A stretch of 64,000 nucleotides of DNA from Candidatus Moanibacter sp. (GTDB lineage: Bacteria; Verrucomicrobiota; Verrucomicrobiia; Opitutales; UBA2987), in contig CBDCEW010000085.1 in assembly GCA_965215885.1 (NCBI GenBank), forward strand, positions 15,741 to 79,740, given 5' to 3'. Made by a program: the position numbers and the translations under genes. A model generated the notes under the pieces. The model ran no database searches. It saw only the letters and a program-made list of their open reading frames with translations, and was not told the origin of the DNA. Positions 1 to 9,796 of this stretch are shown piece by piece; position 1 is the first letter of the stretch, and every line of letters begins with the position of its first letter.

Positions 1-397
1 ATTGCGCATCTGCCGCGGAAAACCCGAACAGACGACAGTCGTAACGACCGCAACCCCCGCCCCTTTTCCCGCTTATATCGAAACATCATCGGTTACACCA
101 CGGACCGCACCTCCGGAGGCTGAGTCCGCGGAAGAGGAGGGGGAAGAAGATCAATCCGTCGAGCAGATAAATTCACCCATGGTTGGGACTTTCTACCGTT
201 CCCCTTCACCCGATAGCGCACATTTTGTGGAGGAGGGGAGCGAAGTTAGTGATGACACCATAGTTTGTATAATCGAGGCCATGAAAGTGATGAATGAAAT
301 TCAGGCTGAGACAACGGGAGTTATCACGGAAATTATGGTAGAAAACGGCCAATCAGTCGAATTTGGTCAGCCACTTTTCAAGGTTAAAATGCAGTAG
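1..397 (+). CDS. accB: Acetyl-CoA carboxylase biotin carboxyl carrier protein (5' partial)
   Basis: [13 protein letters not shown] and biotin-attachment motif EAMKVMNEI; directly upstream of accC. Confidence 0.96.
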   Translation, partial: LRICRGKPEQTTVVTTATPAPFPAYIETSSVTPRTAPPEAESAEEEGEEDQSVEQINSPMVGTFYRSPSPDSAHFVEEGSEVSDDTIVCIIEAMKVMNEIQAETTGVITEIMVENGQSVEFGQPLFKVKMQ

Positions 398-471
398 TCA
401 ATCGGTCCAGGACCATGCCCGTCACGTAGGCAGAAGAGCGTCCAGCGCAGGCCAATACCGAACCTCCCTAC

Positions 472-1851
472 ATGTTTCAAAAGATCCTCATTGCCAACAG
501 AGGCGAAATCGCCCTTCGCATTATTCGGGCCTGCAAGGAACTGAGCATTAAAACAGTAGCCGTCTACTCCGAAGCGGATGAGCAATCCCTCCACGTCCAG
601 TTTGCGGATGGCGCCATCTGCATAGGGCCTTCACCGAGCGGCGACAGCTATCTTAAAGCCGACCGCATTATCAGTGCCGCGGAAATCGCCGACGTCGACG
701 CCATCCATCCCGGCTACGGTTTTCTTGCCGAAAGGGCCGATTTCGCCGAGCAGTGCGAAAGCTGCAACATCAAATTTATCGGCCCGAAATCGGAATCGAT
801 TCAAAAGATGGGTGACAAGGCCCTGGCTCGCGAAACCGTGAGAAAAGCGCGAGTGCCAATCATACCGGGAAGTGACGGACCTGTCGAAGATGCCAAGACA
901 GCCGTAGATCTAGCCAAAAAGCTCGGCTTCCCGGTTATCATAAAAGCCGTGGCGGGCGGGGGTGGCAGAGGTATGCGCACAGCTCACAACGCGGTTACTT
1001 TTGCAAAGGAATTCGATATCGCCCGGAGCGAAGCTGAAAAAGCCTTTGGGAACGGCGCTGTCTACATCGAAAAGTTTATTGAACATCCCCGCCATATTGA
1101 ATTTCAGATACTCGCCGACAAGCATGGCAAGACGGTCCACCTCTTTGAAAGAGACTGTTCGGTGCAACGCCGCCACCAGAAACTCATCGAAGAAGCGCCT
1201 TCGCCCTTTCTGAGCAACGACCTGCGCAAACGTATGGGACGCTCCGCAATAAGAGCGGCGCAAGCCTGCGACTACGAAAACGCCGGGACGGTAGAGTTCC
1301 TTGTCGATAAAAATGGCGATTACTTTTTCATCGAGATGAACACCAGAATTCAGGTGGAACATGGTGTTACCGAGGAGGTCACAGGTATCGATCTGATTAA
1401 GGAGCAAATTCTCATCGCAGCGGGAGAAAAACTTGAGTTTGATCAGAAAGACTTGAAACCAACCCGACATGCCGTGGAATGCCGCGTCTGCGCGGAAGAT
1501 CCTGCGAGAAACTTCGCCCCCTGCCCTGGAGAAATCTCCCTCTATTATCCCCCGGGCGGGCATGGCGTAAGGATTGACTCACATGTCTATGGAGGTTATA
1601 TCATTCCTCCTCATTACGATAGTATGATCAGCAAAGTAATCACCACCGGGAGGTCCAGGGAACTCGCACTCGACCGGATGTACCGCGCCCTCGGTGAATA
1701 TCTAATTCGAGGCGTGAAAACGACCATCCCATTTTCTATGGCCGTTATTCGAGATCCCGTATTTCGGCAGGGGAACGCCACTACAAATTTCGTCGATGAT
1801 TTTCTTAATCGAACACCTAAGAAGCTTTTCAGCAATAAAAATGAGTCATGA
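472..1851 (+). CDS. accC: Biotin carboxylase
   Basis: [11 protein letters not shown] start; [26 protein letters not shown] and YDSMI motifs. Confidence 0.97.
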   Translation: MFQKILIANRGEIALRIIRACKELSIKTVAVYSEADEQSLHVQFADGAICIGPSPSGDSYLKADRIISAAEIADVDAIHPGYGFLAERADFAEQCESCNIKFIGPKSESIQKMGDKALARETVRKARVPIIPGSDGPVEDAKTAVDLAKKLGFPVIIKAVAGGGGRGMRTAHNAVTFAKEFDIARSEAEKAFGNGAVYIEKFIEHPRHIEFQILADKHGKTVHLFERDCSVQRRHQKLIEEAPSPFLSNDLRKRMGRSAIRAAQACDYENAGTVEFLVDKNGDYFFIEMNTRIQVEHGVTEEVTGIDLIKEQILIAAGEKLEFDQKDLKPTRHAVECRVCAEDPARNFAPCPGEISLYYPPGGHGVRIDSHVYGGYIIPPHYDSMISKVITTGRSRELALDRMYRALGEYLIRGVKTTIPFSMAVIRDPVFRQGNATTNFVDDFLNRTPKKLFSNKNES

Positions 1852-2327
1852 AAAAAAAGATGCAGAAAACTAAGTCAGCTCCAAGCGACATTGCCGACGT
1901 GAAGGTTATTCCAACGATAAGCGAGGACTCTTCTGCCCTCGGCGAAATTAAAATAAACCACAAGGTAGTCGCCAATATCGTTCAGTTGGCCACCCTGGAG
2001 GTGGAAGGCGTTGTCGCGGTAATAGGAAGTAATATTGTCGACAAGATTGAGGGAATGTTCAGCAAAAAGGACCTGGGCGCCGGTATCCGTGTTGAAGAAA
2101 ACGAAAACGGACACTATGTGATTGTGATTCAAGTCATCCTTTCTTTCGGCGTAGAGTTGGCCAAAACCGCATGGGAGATCCAAAAGGAAGTTCGCGATCA
2201 TGTTCAGAAGATGACCAACAAGCAGGTCGCGAAGGTCGATGTTGTTATTGAGGAAGTCAAGATGCCGGATACCAGCACGCGGGCCGCGGGGAAAGACGAT
2301 TGGCAGGAAGAGCCTCATACCGATTAA
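1848..2327 (+). CDS. Asp23/Gls24 family envelope stress protein
   Basis: GEIKIN..VVA.I...ATLEVEGV and IQKEV...V.KMT...V.KVDV pattern; overlaps the accC stop. Confidence 0.88.
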   Translation: MKKKMQKTKSAPSDIADVKVIPTISEDSSALGEIKINHKVVANIVQLATLEVEGVVAVIGSNIVDKIEGMFSKKDLGAGIRVEENENGHYVIVIQVILSFGVELAKTAWEIQKEVRDHVQKMTNKQVAKVDVVIEEVKMPDTSTRAAGKDDWQEEPHTD

Positions 2328-2336
2328 CGGAAGCTG

Positions 2337-2840
2337 ATGTTTCAAGAATTCACTGACCGCGCCATAGCCGCCCTCGGGAGCTTTGTCGGGAGTCCCTATT
2401 TCTGGCTTTGCCTCGTTGTCGCAGTGCTCCTTCTTCTGTTATGGCTCTACTCCCGAGGCCGCTCGGGTTCGATCGTAGCTTTCGACAGCGAGACAGGTCA
2501 CGTACTGGTATCCCGGAAGGCAATCAACGAAATTGCGCAGCGAACCTGTGACACTATGGAGAGCGTTGGAAAATGCACCACGCGCATAAGATCTCAGCGG
2601 GGTGCGATTCATATCCAGGTTCTCATTCGCCTCCGAGCGGGAAGCAACTTGAGTGAAGTCTACGCTGAACTCCAAGGCCGGCTTTCTCGGACACTCCGTG
2701 ACAACCTGGGAATCGAGCGGTTGGGAGACATCGACATTGAGGTAACCGGTTTTGAAGGTGATCTCTCACTGGACGAATACGATATTCCAAGTGAGTCGAG
2801 CGATGCCTATATCCCAATTTCCGACAAAGATGCGGAGTAG
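2337..2840 (+). CDS. AmaP-like membrane anchor protein (Asp23 partner)
   Basis: One N-terminal TM helix, then G.V.VS..AI..I pattern and C-terminal LGIE...I.IEV; adjacent to the Asp23 gene. Confidence 0.65.
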   Translation: MFQEFTDRAIAALGSFVGSPYFWLCLVVAVLLLLLWLYSRGRSGSIVAFDSETGHVLVSRKAINEIAQRTCDTMESVGKCTTRIRSQRGAIHIQVLIRLRAGSNLSEVYAELQGRLSRTLRDNLGIERLGDIDIEVTGFEGDLSLDEYDIPSESSDAYIPISDKDAE

Positions 2841-2843
2841 TCT

Positions 2844-3479
2844 GTGCCGGTTGAACTGAACGACGCCCGCTTTTACGGCATTCTCGACACTGCATACGTG
2901 TCTCCTGAAAAATGGCAGGAAAAATGCCGTGCCCTACTCAACGGTGGAGCCGATGTCGTTCAAATGCGCGCAAAACGCGAATCCCACGCCGAGCGCATTG
3001 AACTCCTCGAAGCAATTCTGCCGCTATTTGAAAATACCCATGTTCCCTTGATCGTAAACGACGATATGGAACTGGCCCTTCGCAATCCGGGAGTGGGACT
3101 CCATGTGGGCCAGGAGGATACGGAGGTTCACACCGCGCGAGACCGGCTCGGCCCCGACCGAATTCTCGGTCTCTCTACGCACTCTATAGAGCAGGCTAAG
3201 GAGGCGATTGCATTTGGAGAGGTACTCAGCTATTTTGCTGTTGGGCCCGTATTTGCCACGGCCACGAAACCGGATTATTCGCCCGTCGGTCTTGAGCTTG
3301 TTCGGTCCGTCGCCGCCCTGGCCCCGCCTATTCCTTTCTTTTGCATCGGTGGAATCTCACGATCGAACGTTGAGCTTGTACGGCAGGCCGGCGCCGAACG
3401 TGTCGTATCCATCTCAGATATTCTCTGCGCACCCGATAGTGCCTCGGCGGTTAAGACATTTCAATCCGCCCTAACCTGA
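2844..3479 (+). CDS. thiE: Thiamine-phosphate synthase
   Basis: VQMRAK, LIVNDD, GLHVGQED, GLSTHS, GPVFATATKP and IGGI motifs. Confidence 0.94.
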   Translation: MPVELNDARFYGILDTAYVSPEKWQEKCRALLNGGADVVQMRAKRESHAERIELLEAILPLFENTHVPLIVNDDMELALRNPGVGLHVGQEDTEVHTARDRLGPDRILGLSTHSIEQAKEAIAFGEVLSYFAVGPVFATATKPDYSPVGLELVRSVAALAPPIPFFCIGGISRSNVELVRQAGAERVVSISDILCAPDSASAVKTFQSALT

Positions 3480-3635
3480 GGACCTCACTACCGATCCCGT
3501 TCAGACCCCTTAAGGGACTCTTTGTCGTGAGCTTCGTCGCGAGCTTTGTCGAAATCGAAGGTCGTCGTCATAATCGTAGTCGACCACACTTGCGAGGACG
3601 GGAAGGTTCAGAAAAGGCTGACGATGGAAGATATC

Positions 3636-3781
3636 TCCCGTAGCCGGACGACTTCGTCGCTCGGGTCACCCCGGCCAGGTAGATTACCTGCCCGTAATTT
3701 TCGACCCTGACCACAGCTCATTGGTTGCTATCCCTCCCTCTTTCGCGTTTTTTCGCGTGTTTAGCGGGCAATTTCCTATCC
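3636..3781 (+). repeat. Dispersed ~145-bp repeat, copy 1 (copy 2 at 8541-8686)
   Basis: TCCCGTAGCCGGACGACTTCGTCG...TTTAGCGGGCAATT aligns by eye with 8541-8686 in direct orientation. Confidence 0.9.
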
Positions 3782-4113
3782 AAAGCAAATATTAGGGGAC
3801 AGGCTCTTTATACTACCCGGCGAGCCGGGACAAAAAAGTGAGCGTGAAAGAAAAGAGTGATGCCCGCCAAACACGCGAAAAAGCGCGAAAGGGGCAGAGA
3901 GTGTTCCGTTTTCAGTTTCCGGTCTTTGTCCGAAATCGACTTTCAATCTCGTTTATCATTAGACGAAAGATCCATCAGCTTCGCCCTCTCTCCGTCTCCG
4001 TGTCTGCCCATTTCCCCCTCCCCTATCGTGCTTCTCAAGCGTACCCTCCAGTCGATTTTCTTTTCTTTCGATTTTAGATTGCGATTATGGCCCGGCCAAA
4101 GTTGCAATCCTCA

Positions 4114-4466
4114 TCAAGACAGAAACAGCGTACCGCCCGGAGCTTTCGGTCGAACTTCTGTAAGCCTACACGCACCGGGCGGCGCCTTCTATTTGTCTCG
4201 GCGAGGCCGGGAACGGGACAACAGCCGGGTCAGGCTCCGGCTCTCCGGCGCGTGAGCTGACATTCGACGTAGAACGCCCAGTTTGTATCATTTGATTCCG
4301 CTGAAAGCCCCCACGTTCTTGCGAACGCGGCTACAAATATCAAAGACTTGCGGGTCACCGTAGCCGCGTTCGCAAGAGCGTGGTCGCGAATTTCGAAACG
4401 GCGTCTTTTTCAGCAAAATGGTCATGTGTATCCTGAGCAAGTTCACGGTTCACGGAGAGTACGCGG
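4114..4466 (-). repeat. ~350-bp module copy A (DGR spacer-like segment + REPIN + HRDC gene fragment)
   Basis: Near-identical direct repeat of 5317-5670. Confidence 0.9.
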
Positions 4467-4822
4467 AGCAATTATTAGGGACAGGCTTTTATACGACCAT
4501 CTCTTTCGAATTTAGACTACGTTTAGAATCACGTTGGGAAGACTGAACCGGTTCCCACTCCTACCGTGCCTCTCAATCGTGATCTCCTGTCGATCTTCTC
4601 CTCTTTCGATTTCAGATCACTGCCTGCCATGAGCCCGTCGAATGGATTATGATCCACGACGGAAAGATCGAAGCGGTTCCCTCTCTGCCATCGTGCTTCC
4701 CAATCGTGATCTCTCGTCGATCTGCTCAATCCTTCGATTTTCGACTACGATTATGACTACGAATTTCGATTAGGAACTAGCTAAGTAGACCATCTAAGGT
4801 GGTAGTCATTATCGCAGTCGAT

Positions 4823-5091
4823 GGTCGCAATTCTACGCGAGACGAAGTTTGGGCAACAATCCTGCCTTGGAATAGAGTCCGACAAACTGCTCGACAAGGT
4901 TCGCACATAGGTGATTCGAACGCCTCCACTGAGTTTCATCTTCCCCTTAATCCGGACCACCCGTAAGGGAAACCTTGCCTGCCTCGGCAGAGCGGAGCGA
5001 CGACGGGTCGCGAACCTCGTCTGCCTCGGCACAGCGGAGCGACGACGAGTCGAATCCATTTCGATTTCAGATCACGATTATGACTACGATT
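4823..5091 (+). repeat. Dispersed ~270-bp repeat, copy 1 (copy 2 at about 8848-9083)
   Basis: AATTCTACGCG.GACGAAGTTTGGGCAACAATCCTGCC...GATCACGATTATGACTACGATTA present in both copies. Confidence 0.9.
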
Positions 5092-5316
5092 AAGATTGGG
5101 TGGATATCCACTCGAAGTTCGTCGTCGTAATCGTCGTCGACGGTCGAATAATGTGTTTCGAATTTAGACTACGATTATGACTACGAATTTCGATTAGGAA
5201 CTAGCTAAGTAGCCCATCGAACGTCGTCGTCATAATCGTCGTCGATAGTCGGTCGAGAAAGATTACCAGCACGATTACGATTACGATTACGGCATGGCCA
5301 GAGGGACACTTCTGGG

Positions 5317-5670
5317 TCAAGACAAAAACAGCGCACCGCCCGGAGCTTTCGGTCGAACTTCTGTAAGCCTACACGCACCGGGCGGCGCCTTCTTTTTGTC
5401 CCGGCCAGGCCGGGAACGGGACAACAGCCGGGTCAGGCGCCGGTTCTCCGACGCCTGAGCTGACATTCGACGTAGAACGCCCAGTTTGTGTCATTTGATT
5501 CCGCTGAAAAGCCCCCACGTTCTTGCGAACGCGGCTACAAATATCAAAGGCTTGCGGGGCACCGTAGCCGCGTTCGCAAGAACGTGGTCGCGAATTTCGA
5601 AACGGCGTCTTTTTCAGCAAAATGTTCATGTGTATCCTGAGCAGGTTCACGGTTCACGGAGAGTACGCGG
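5317..5670 (-). repeat. ~350-bp module copy B (DGR spacer-like segment + REPIN + HRDC gene fragment)
   Basis: Near-identical to 4114-4466; contains inverted pair CCACGTTCTTGCGAACGCGGCTAC / GTAGCCGCGTTCGCAAGAACGTGG. Confidence 0.9.
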
Positions 5671-5750
5671 TGGCCTCGCAGAAAACGGTTCAACTTCTCC
5701 TGTCCTTCCTCAGCCGCCGTTGTAGGAATCATAAGTAAAGCAAATTGCAT
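5640..5750 (-). pseudogene. Truncated N-terminus of an HRDC-type DGR accessory protein
   Basis: MQFALLMIP..AAEEGQEKLNRFLRGHRVLSVNRE resembles, from recall, the N-terminus of small HRDC proteins found beside DGR targets; the frame runs into repeat DNA after about 35 codons. Confidence 0.65.
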
Positions 5751-5766
5751 GTCTTAAACCGGTGCC

Positions 5767-5822
5767 GAAGGGCGACTTGGCGGGGGCGGCTTCGCCTCCT
5801 CACCCCCGCCACGACGCCCTTC
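5767..5822. promoter_or_regulatory. GC-rich hairpin/cruciform downstream of the putative VR
   Basis: GAAGGGCG..TGGCGGGGG..GGC-TTC-GCC..CCCCCGCCA..CGCCCTTC stem. Confidence 0.55.
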
Positions 5823-5970
5823 TCCCCGTACTGTACCTATTACTCACTTGACCTGCATGCCAGGGCGCAGCCATTCATGGCGTAGACCGGAGGGCAAGGC
5901 GGACCTGTCTTGGCACCGCCCCTCGATTGGGTGGATTCGGCCGCACTACTGGGAAGACTACGCGAAGTTG

Positions 5971-8355
5971 TCAGTTCTGGACCTTGCGCAGGCAGAGCCG
6001 GAAGCCCAGGAATTCGTAGCGGTAGACGGCCGGGCCCCTGCCGCGGCTGGCCGACCGGCAGAACTGCGCGTCGTTTTCCCAGCCGCCGCCGCGGCGCACG
6101 CGGTACCAACCCGATTCGGGTCCCTTCGGATCCACCCTTCGGCCCGTCGGATACTCACCGTACCAGTCCGAACACCATTCCCATAGGTTACCATGCATAT
6201 CATACAATCTCCATTGGTTCGGCTCGTAGCTGCCCACTTCGACCGTCTTTTTCAAGTACGGCCCCTTCCCTCCTCCACCGTAAGGATAGTTTCCATCGAA
6301 ATTCGCCTGTCTCGAGGACAGACTGTCGCCATAGCGAAAAGCCGTCCTCGTCCCCGCCCGTGCCGCATATTCCCACTGCGCCTCGGTCGGAAGGCCGTAC
6401 ATATACCCATCCGGCAGCCGCCCCGCGGCGCGCTCGCGCTCAGTCAATTTCATTGCAAAATTCGTGGCATCCTCCCAGGATACATTCTCCACCGGCGCCC
6501 GATCTCCCGCCTCCTTGAATTTACTCGGATTACTGCCCGTGATACGCTTGTACTCCCCCTGTGTCACCTCATACTGCCCCAGCCAGAAGCCTTTCGTCAA
6601 TACTACCTCGTACAGAGGGTCTCATCACTACCCCGCCCCGACTCTCTCGCCGGGCTCCCCATCATGAACGTCCCCGGGTTAATCCAGACCATCTTCAGCC
6701 CAAGGTCAGGGACCGTCCATGGCTCCCCTTCCACCGGGCCCGAAACTTCCTCCGCCGCCGTATCCCTTATTCTCAGGCTCCCCGCCGCCTTTTCCAGCGT
6801 GACGCTGAGCCGTTTATCCTCTCGGGCTTTAAGCTCAAAAGCTTCAACGTAATCACGGTAGCCCGAGGCCGAGAGCACAACCCGATATTTCTTCAAGGGC
6901 TCCTGTTCTCCCGCCGTATAGGGCGTCACTCCAGCCCGCACTCCGTCGATCTCCACCTCCGCTCCGCTCGGAGAAGAGAGGATGACAAGCGATCCAGGCA
7001 AGGGTTGCAGCCCAACCTCGACGACAACCAGCCGATTCTCTTCAATCACTATTTCGGCAATCCCGGAATCACGGAAATCCTTTTTGCGGACTAGAATCAT
7101 CCGGTTTCCGACAGCCATTCCATCCTTTAATTCGAAGAGCCCGTTGACATCACTCTTGCCGAGCAATGTGCCGGGTTCCGCTATGCGGCCATCAGGCGAC
7201 CGGTCAACCAGGAAAATCTCAGAATCCGGAAGCGTGTTTACCAGAAGGCTTCCGAAGGCCGGCACTCCCTCTCCCTGCTCTTCTCCACCCCTTTCTTCGC
7301 GCACGATTCGTATCGCCTCAGGTCGCTTTTCTTCCCCCTCCTTCCCGGGCAGATACACGCCCCAGTAATAGCCCGCCGCCAGCCCCGCAACGAGGATGAG
7401 CGATAACGTGGCCCATACCGGCGCCCTGGATTTTCCCTTCTTCTCGGGACCGATCTCAATTCGCCTCAAATCGCCCAGAACCTCTTCGGCGCTCCCATAC
7501 CGCTCGGAACGCTCCAGCTCCATGCAGCGGTCAATTACGGCGTCCCACGTTTCGCTCGCCTCAGGAACCAGATCCGCGATCGCCTTTGCCCGCCCCAGCG
7601 GCTTCCTCCCAGTCAGCAAGTAGTAGCCCATGACTCCCACCGCGTAGAGGTCGCTGCGCTCGTCAGCCGGGCGGCCTTCCCGCACCTCCGGGCTCATATA
7701 ATCAATCGTTCCTACATATGATTCGCTACCCGAAGAGCCCGCCACCTGGGTCTCCTGATCCCCCAATTGCGAGAGGGCAATGCTCTTCCGGATCATCGTC
7801 TGCAGGAATTCCTCGCCCACCACCCGGACCAGCCCGAAGTCCGAAATCTTGATCCTCCCTGCTGCTGTGCGCAGGATATTCGCCGGTTTGAGATCGCGGT
7901 GAATAATCCCCTCTCCATGGGCATAGCGCAGTCCCTCCAGCATCTGCGTGAGAATGTCCACAACCTCCTCGGGCCTTATCCGACCGCCCTGATTCCTGAG
8001 GTAGTCTTCAAGGCTGCCCCCCTCGACATACTCCATCGCAAGGTAGAATCGGCCACGGTCCTCCCCGGCGTAGAGAACCTGCACAATCTGGTTATGCTTC
8101 AGCTTTGCCAGCGTCTTCGCTTCGCGTCGGAACCGTTCCCTGAAGTTTCCCCTCTTCGAAAGCCCGCGCGGCAGCACCTTCAGCGCATATTTCTGCTCGA
8201 GGTGCACCTGCTCCGCAAGATACACCTCGCCCATCGCCCCGCGGCCCAGTTCCTCAATGATGCGGTAATCGCCCAGGCGCTCTCCCGGCCTCAGGACACC
8301 GGGACCGGTCCGGGCCTTCGCCCGCCAGCCGCGTCTCGTCGGAATCAAAAGGCAT
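5971..8355 (-). pseudogene. Frameshifted receptor-type Ser/Thr kinase: Pkinase - TM - PEGA-like repeats - FGE-sulfatase (CLec-fold) domain; probable DGR target
   Basis: LGRGAMGEVY, HRDLKPANI, DFGL, GTIDYMSPE; TM VWATLSLILVAGLAAGYYWGV; PEGA SSPSGAEVEIDG...GVTP; FGE PGTFMMGSP, LPTEAQWEYAARAG, LYDMHGNLWEW, RVRRGGGW, LGFRL. Frame break near 6615 joins ORFs 6603-8462 and 5971-6600; a second break is probable near 8310 after ATG 8355. Confidence 0.88.
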
Positions 8356-8540
8356 GATGAGGGAAGTGGAAGCGTGAGAGTGAAAGGCGCCATCGTAACC
8401 GCGTCCTTTCCAGCGTCAAGGCTGTGGGACGGCTCCCATTTGCTCTCGGCACCGGACCCCACTTCGCTCCCCCCTGAGCGGGACTACGAGCGTCAAGAGC
8501 GGTACAGCTACCCGGGCTTCAAGTGTGCACAAGGGCCCCA

Positions 8541-9135
8541 TCCCGTAGCCGGACGACTTCGTCGTTCGGGTAATCCCGGCCAGGTAGATTACCTGTCCCT
8601 GATTTTCGACCCTGCCCACAGCTCATCGGTTGCTATCCCTCCCCCTTTCGCGATTTTTCGCGTGTTTAGCGGGCAATTCCCCATCCCGTAGCCGGACGAC
8701 TTCGTCGTTCGGGTAATCCCGATGTCCAGCCGAGTACGGATCGAGGCATAAAGCCTCTCCTACAACCTGACGGTCGTCGATGCGGCCGACTGTCTTCGAT
8801 GAGGATTGCGTGGATATCCGTTCGAAGGTCGTAATCGTAGTCGAAAGTCGTAATTCTACGCGCGACGAAGTTTGGGCAACAATCCTGCCCTGGAATAGAG
8901 TCCGACAAACTGCTCGACAACGTTCGAACAAAGGCGATTCGAACTCCTCCACTGAGTTTCGTCTTCCTTTTAGTCCGGACCACCGGTAAGGGAAACCTTG
9001 CCTGCCTCGGCAAAGCGAAGCGGCGACGGGTCCCGAACCTTGTCGAATCCATTTCGATTTCAGATCACGATTATGACTACGATTACGAATGGATGGAAAT
9101 CTGTCCGAACCTCGTCGTCGTAATCGTAGTCGACG
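8541..9135. repeat. REP mosaic holding second copies of the 3636-3781 and 4823-5091 repeats
   Basis: Visual alignment with the left-side copies. Confidence 0.88.
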
Positions 9136-9282
9136 TTCGACTTTACCCTCATCCGTTGCCGTCCCTTTCCCGGCCTGCCGGGACTGCCAAACTCTCCCGG
9201 CTCATCCCAATGAATCCGGCCTGAATGATTCTAACAACTCCTGCTACTGCCGAGGGCTGCCTCCACAACGGAAAACCCGACC

Positions 9283-9792
9283 TCACGAATCCGATGATCG
9301 AATCCGGGCGATCAGATCGGTCGTGCTATATCCCTTCAGATAGGGAAGGAACTGAATCTGACAGCCGGCTTCCTCCAGGGCTTCGCGTTCCCCTCGGTCA
9401 ATCGTTTCTAAGGAATAATCACCCGCTTTCACATATATGTCGGGCCGGAGCGCGCTGATTTCCCGCACCAGCCTCTTCGTTTGAAAAGTCACGACACCGT
9501 CGACAAAACCCAGTGAGGCAAGGGCATAGGCGCGCTCCCACTCCGATTGAAAAGGCCTTCCCGTTCCCTTGCCGAGGCGGCGGACGCTCTCGTCTCCGTT
9601 CAGCAGAACCCACAATTGGTCGCCCAACCTCGAGGCCTTATCAAGATAGTAGAGATGGCCTGTATGGAGGAGATCGAAACACCCATTTGTCACAACCAGC
9701 TTATGCTCTCTCGAAGGCAGACTCTCCCGCCGCTTGACAGCTTCATCGAGCGACCACAATTTCGGATTTGATAGATCTTCAGCGCCTGGCAT
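9283..9792 (-). CDS. rfaE2: D-glycero-beta-D-manno-heptose 1-phosphate adenylyltransferase (RfaE domain II-like)
   Basis: TNGCFDLLHTGH, LNGDESV, PDIYVKAGDY, YSTT motifs. Confidence 0.88.
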   Translation of the reverse strand: MPGAEDLSNPKLWSLDEAVKRRESLPSREHKLVVTNGCFDLLHTGHLYYLDKASRLGDQLWVLLNGDESVRRLGKGTGRPFQSEWERAYALASLGFVDGVVTFQTKRLVREISALRPDIYVKAGDYSLETIDRGEREALEEAGCQIQFLPYLKGYSTTDLIARIRSSDS

Positions 9793-9796
9793 GCCT

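Larger units (their letters stand above)
3515..5295. repeat. Intergenic mosaic of REP/REPIN-like palindromic repeats
   Basis: Inverted doublets CGACTACGATTATGACTACGA...TCGTCGTCATAATCGTCGTCG at about 4733-4827, 5060-5140 and 5157-5251; CCCGC(T/C)AAACACGCGAAA, GGGACAGGC and AACCTTGTCGCGAACC-type motifs; no credible ORF. Confidence 0.8.

Noticed and set aside
3515..5300. CRISPR array
   Set aside because: Repeats are inverted doublets with irregular spacing and repeated inter-repeat DNA; no cas genes in the window.
3838..5650. Short ORFs in repeat DNA (3838-4077, 3857-4255, 4781-5059, 5369-5650) and antisense ORFs over core genes
   Set aside because: They are translations of repeats or shadow frames with no recognisable protein motifs.
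4114..8355. Complete, active DGR
   Set aside because: I found no reverse transcriptase ORF and no AAC-rich template repeat matching the VR, so it is reported only as a relic or possible trans target.
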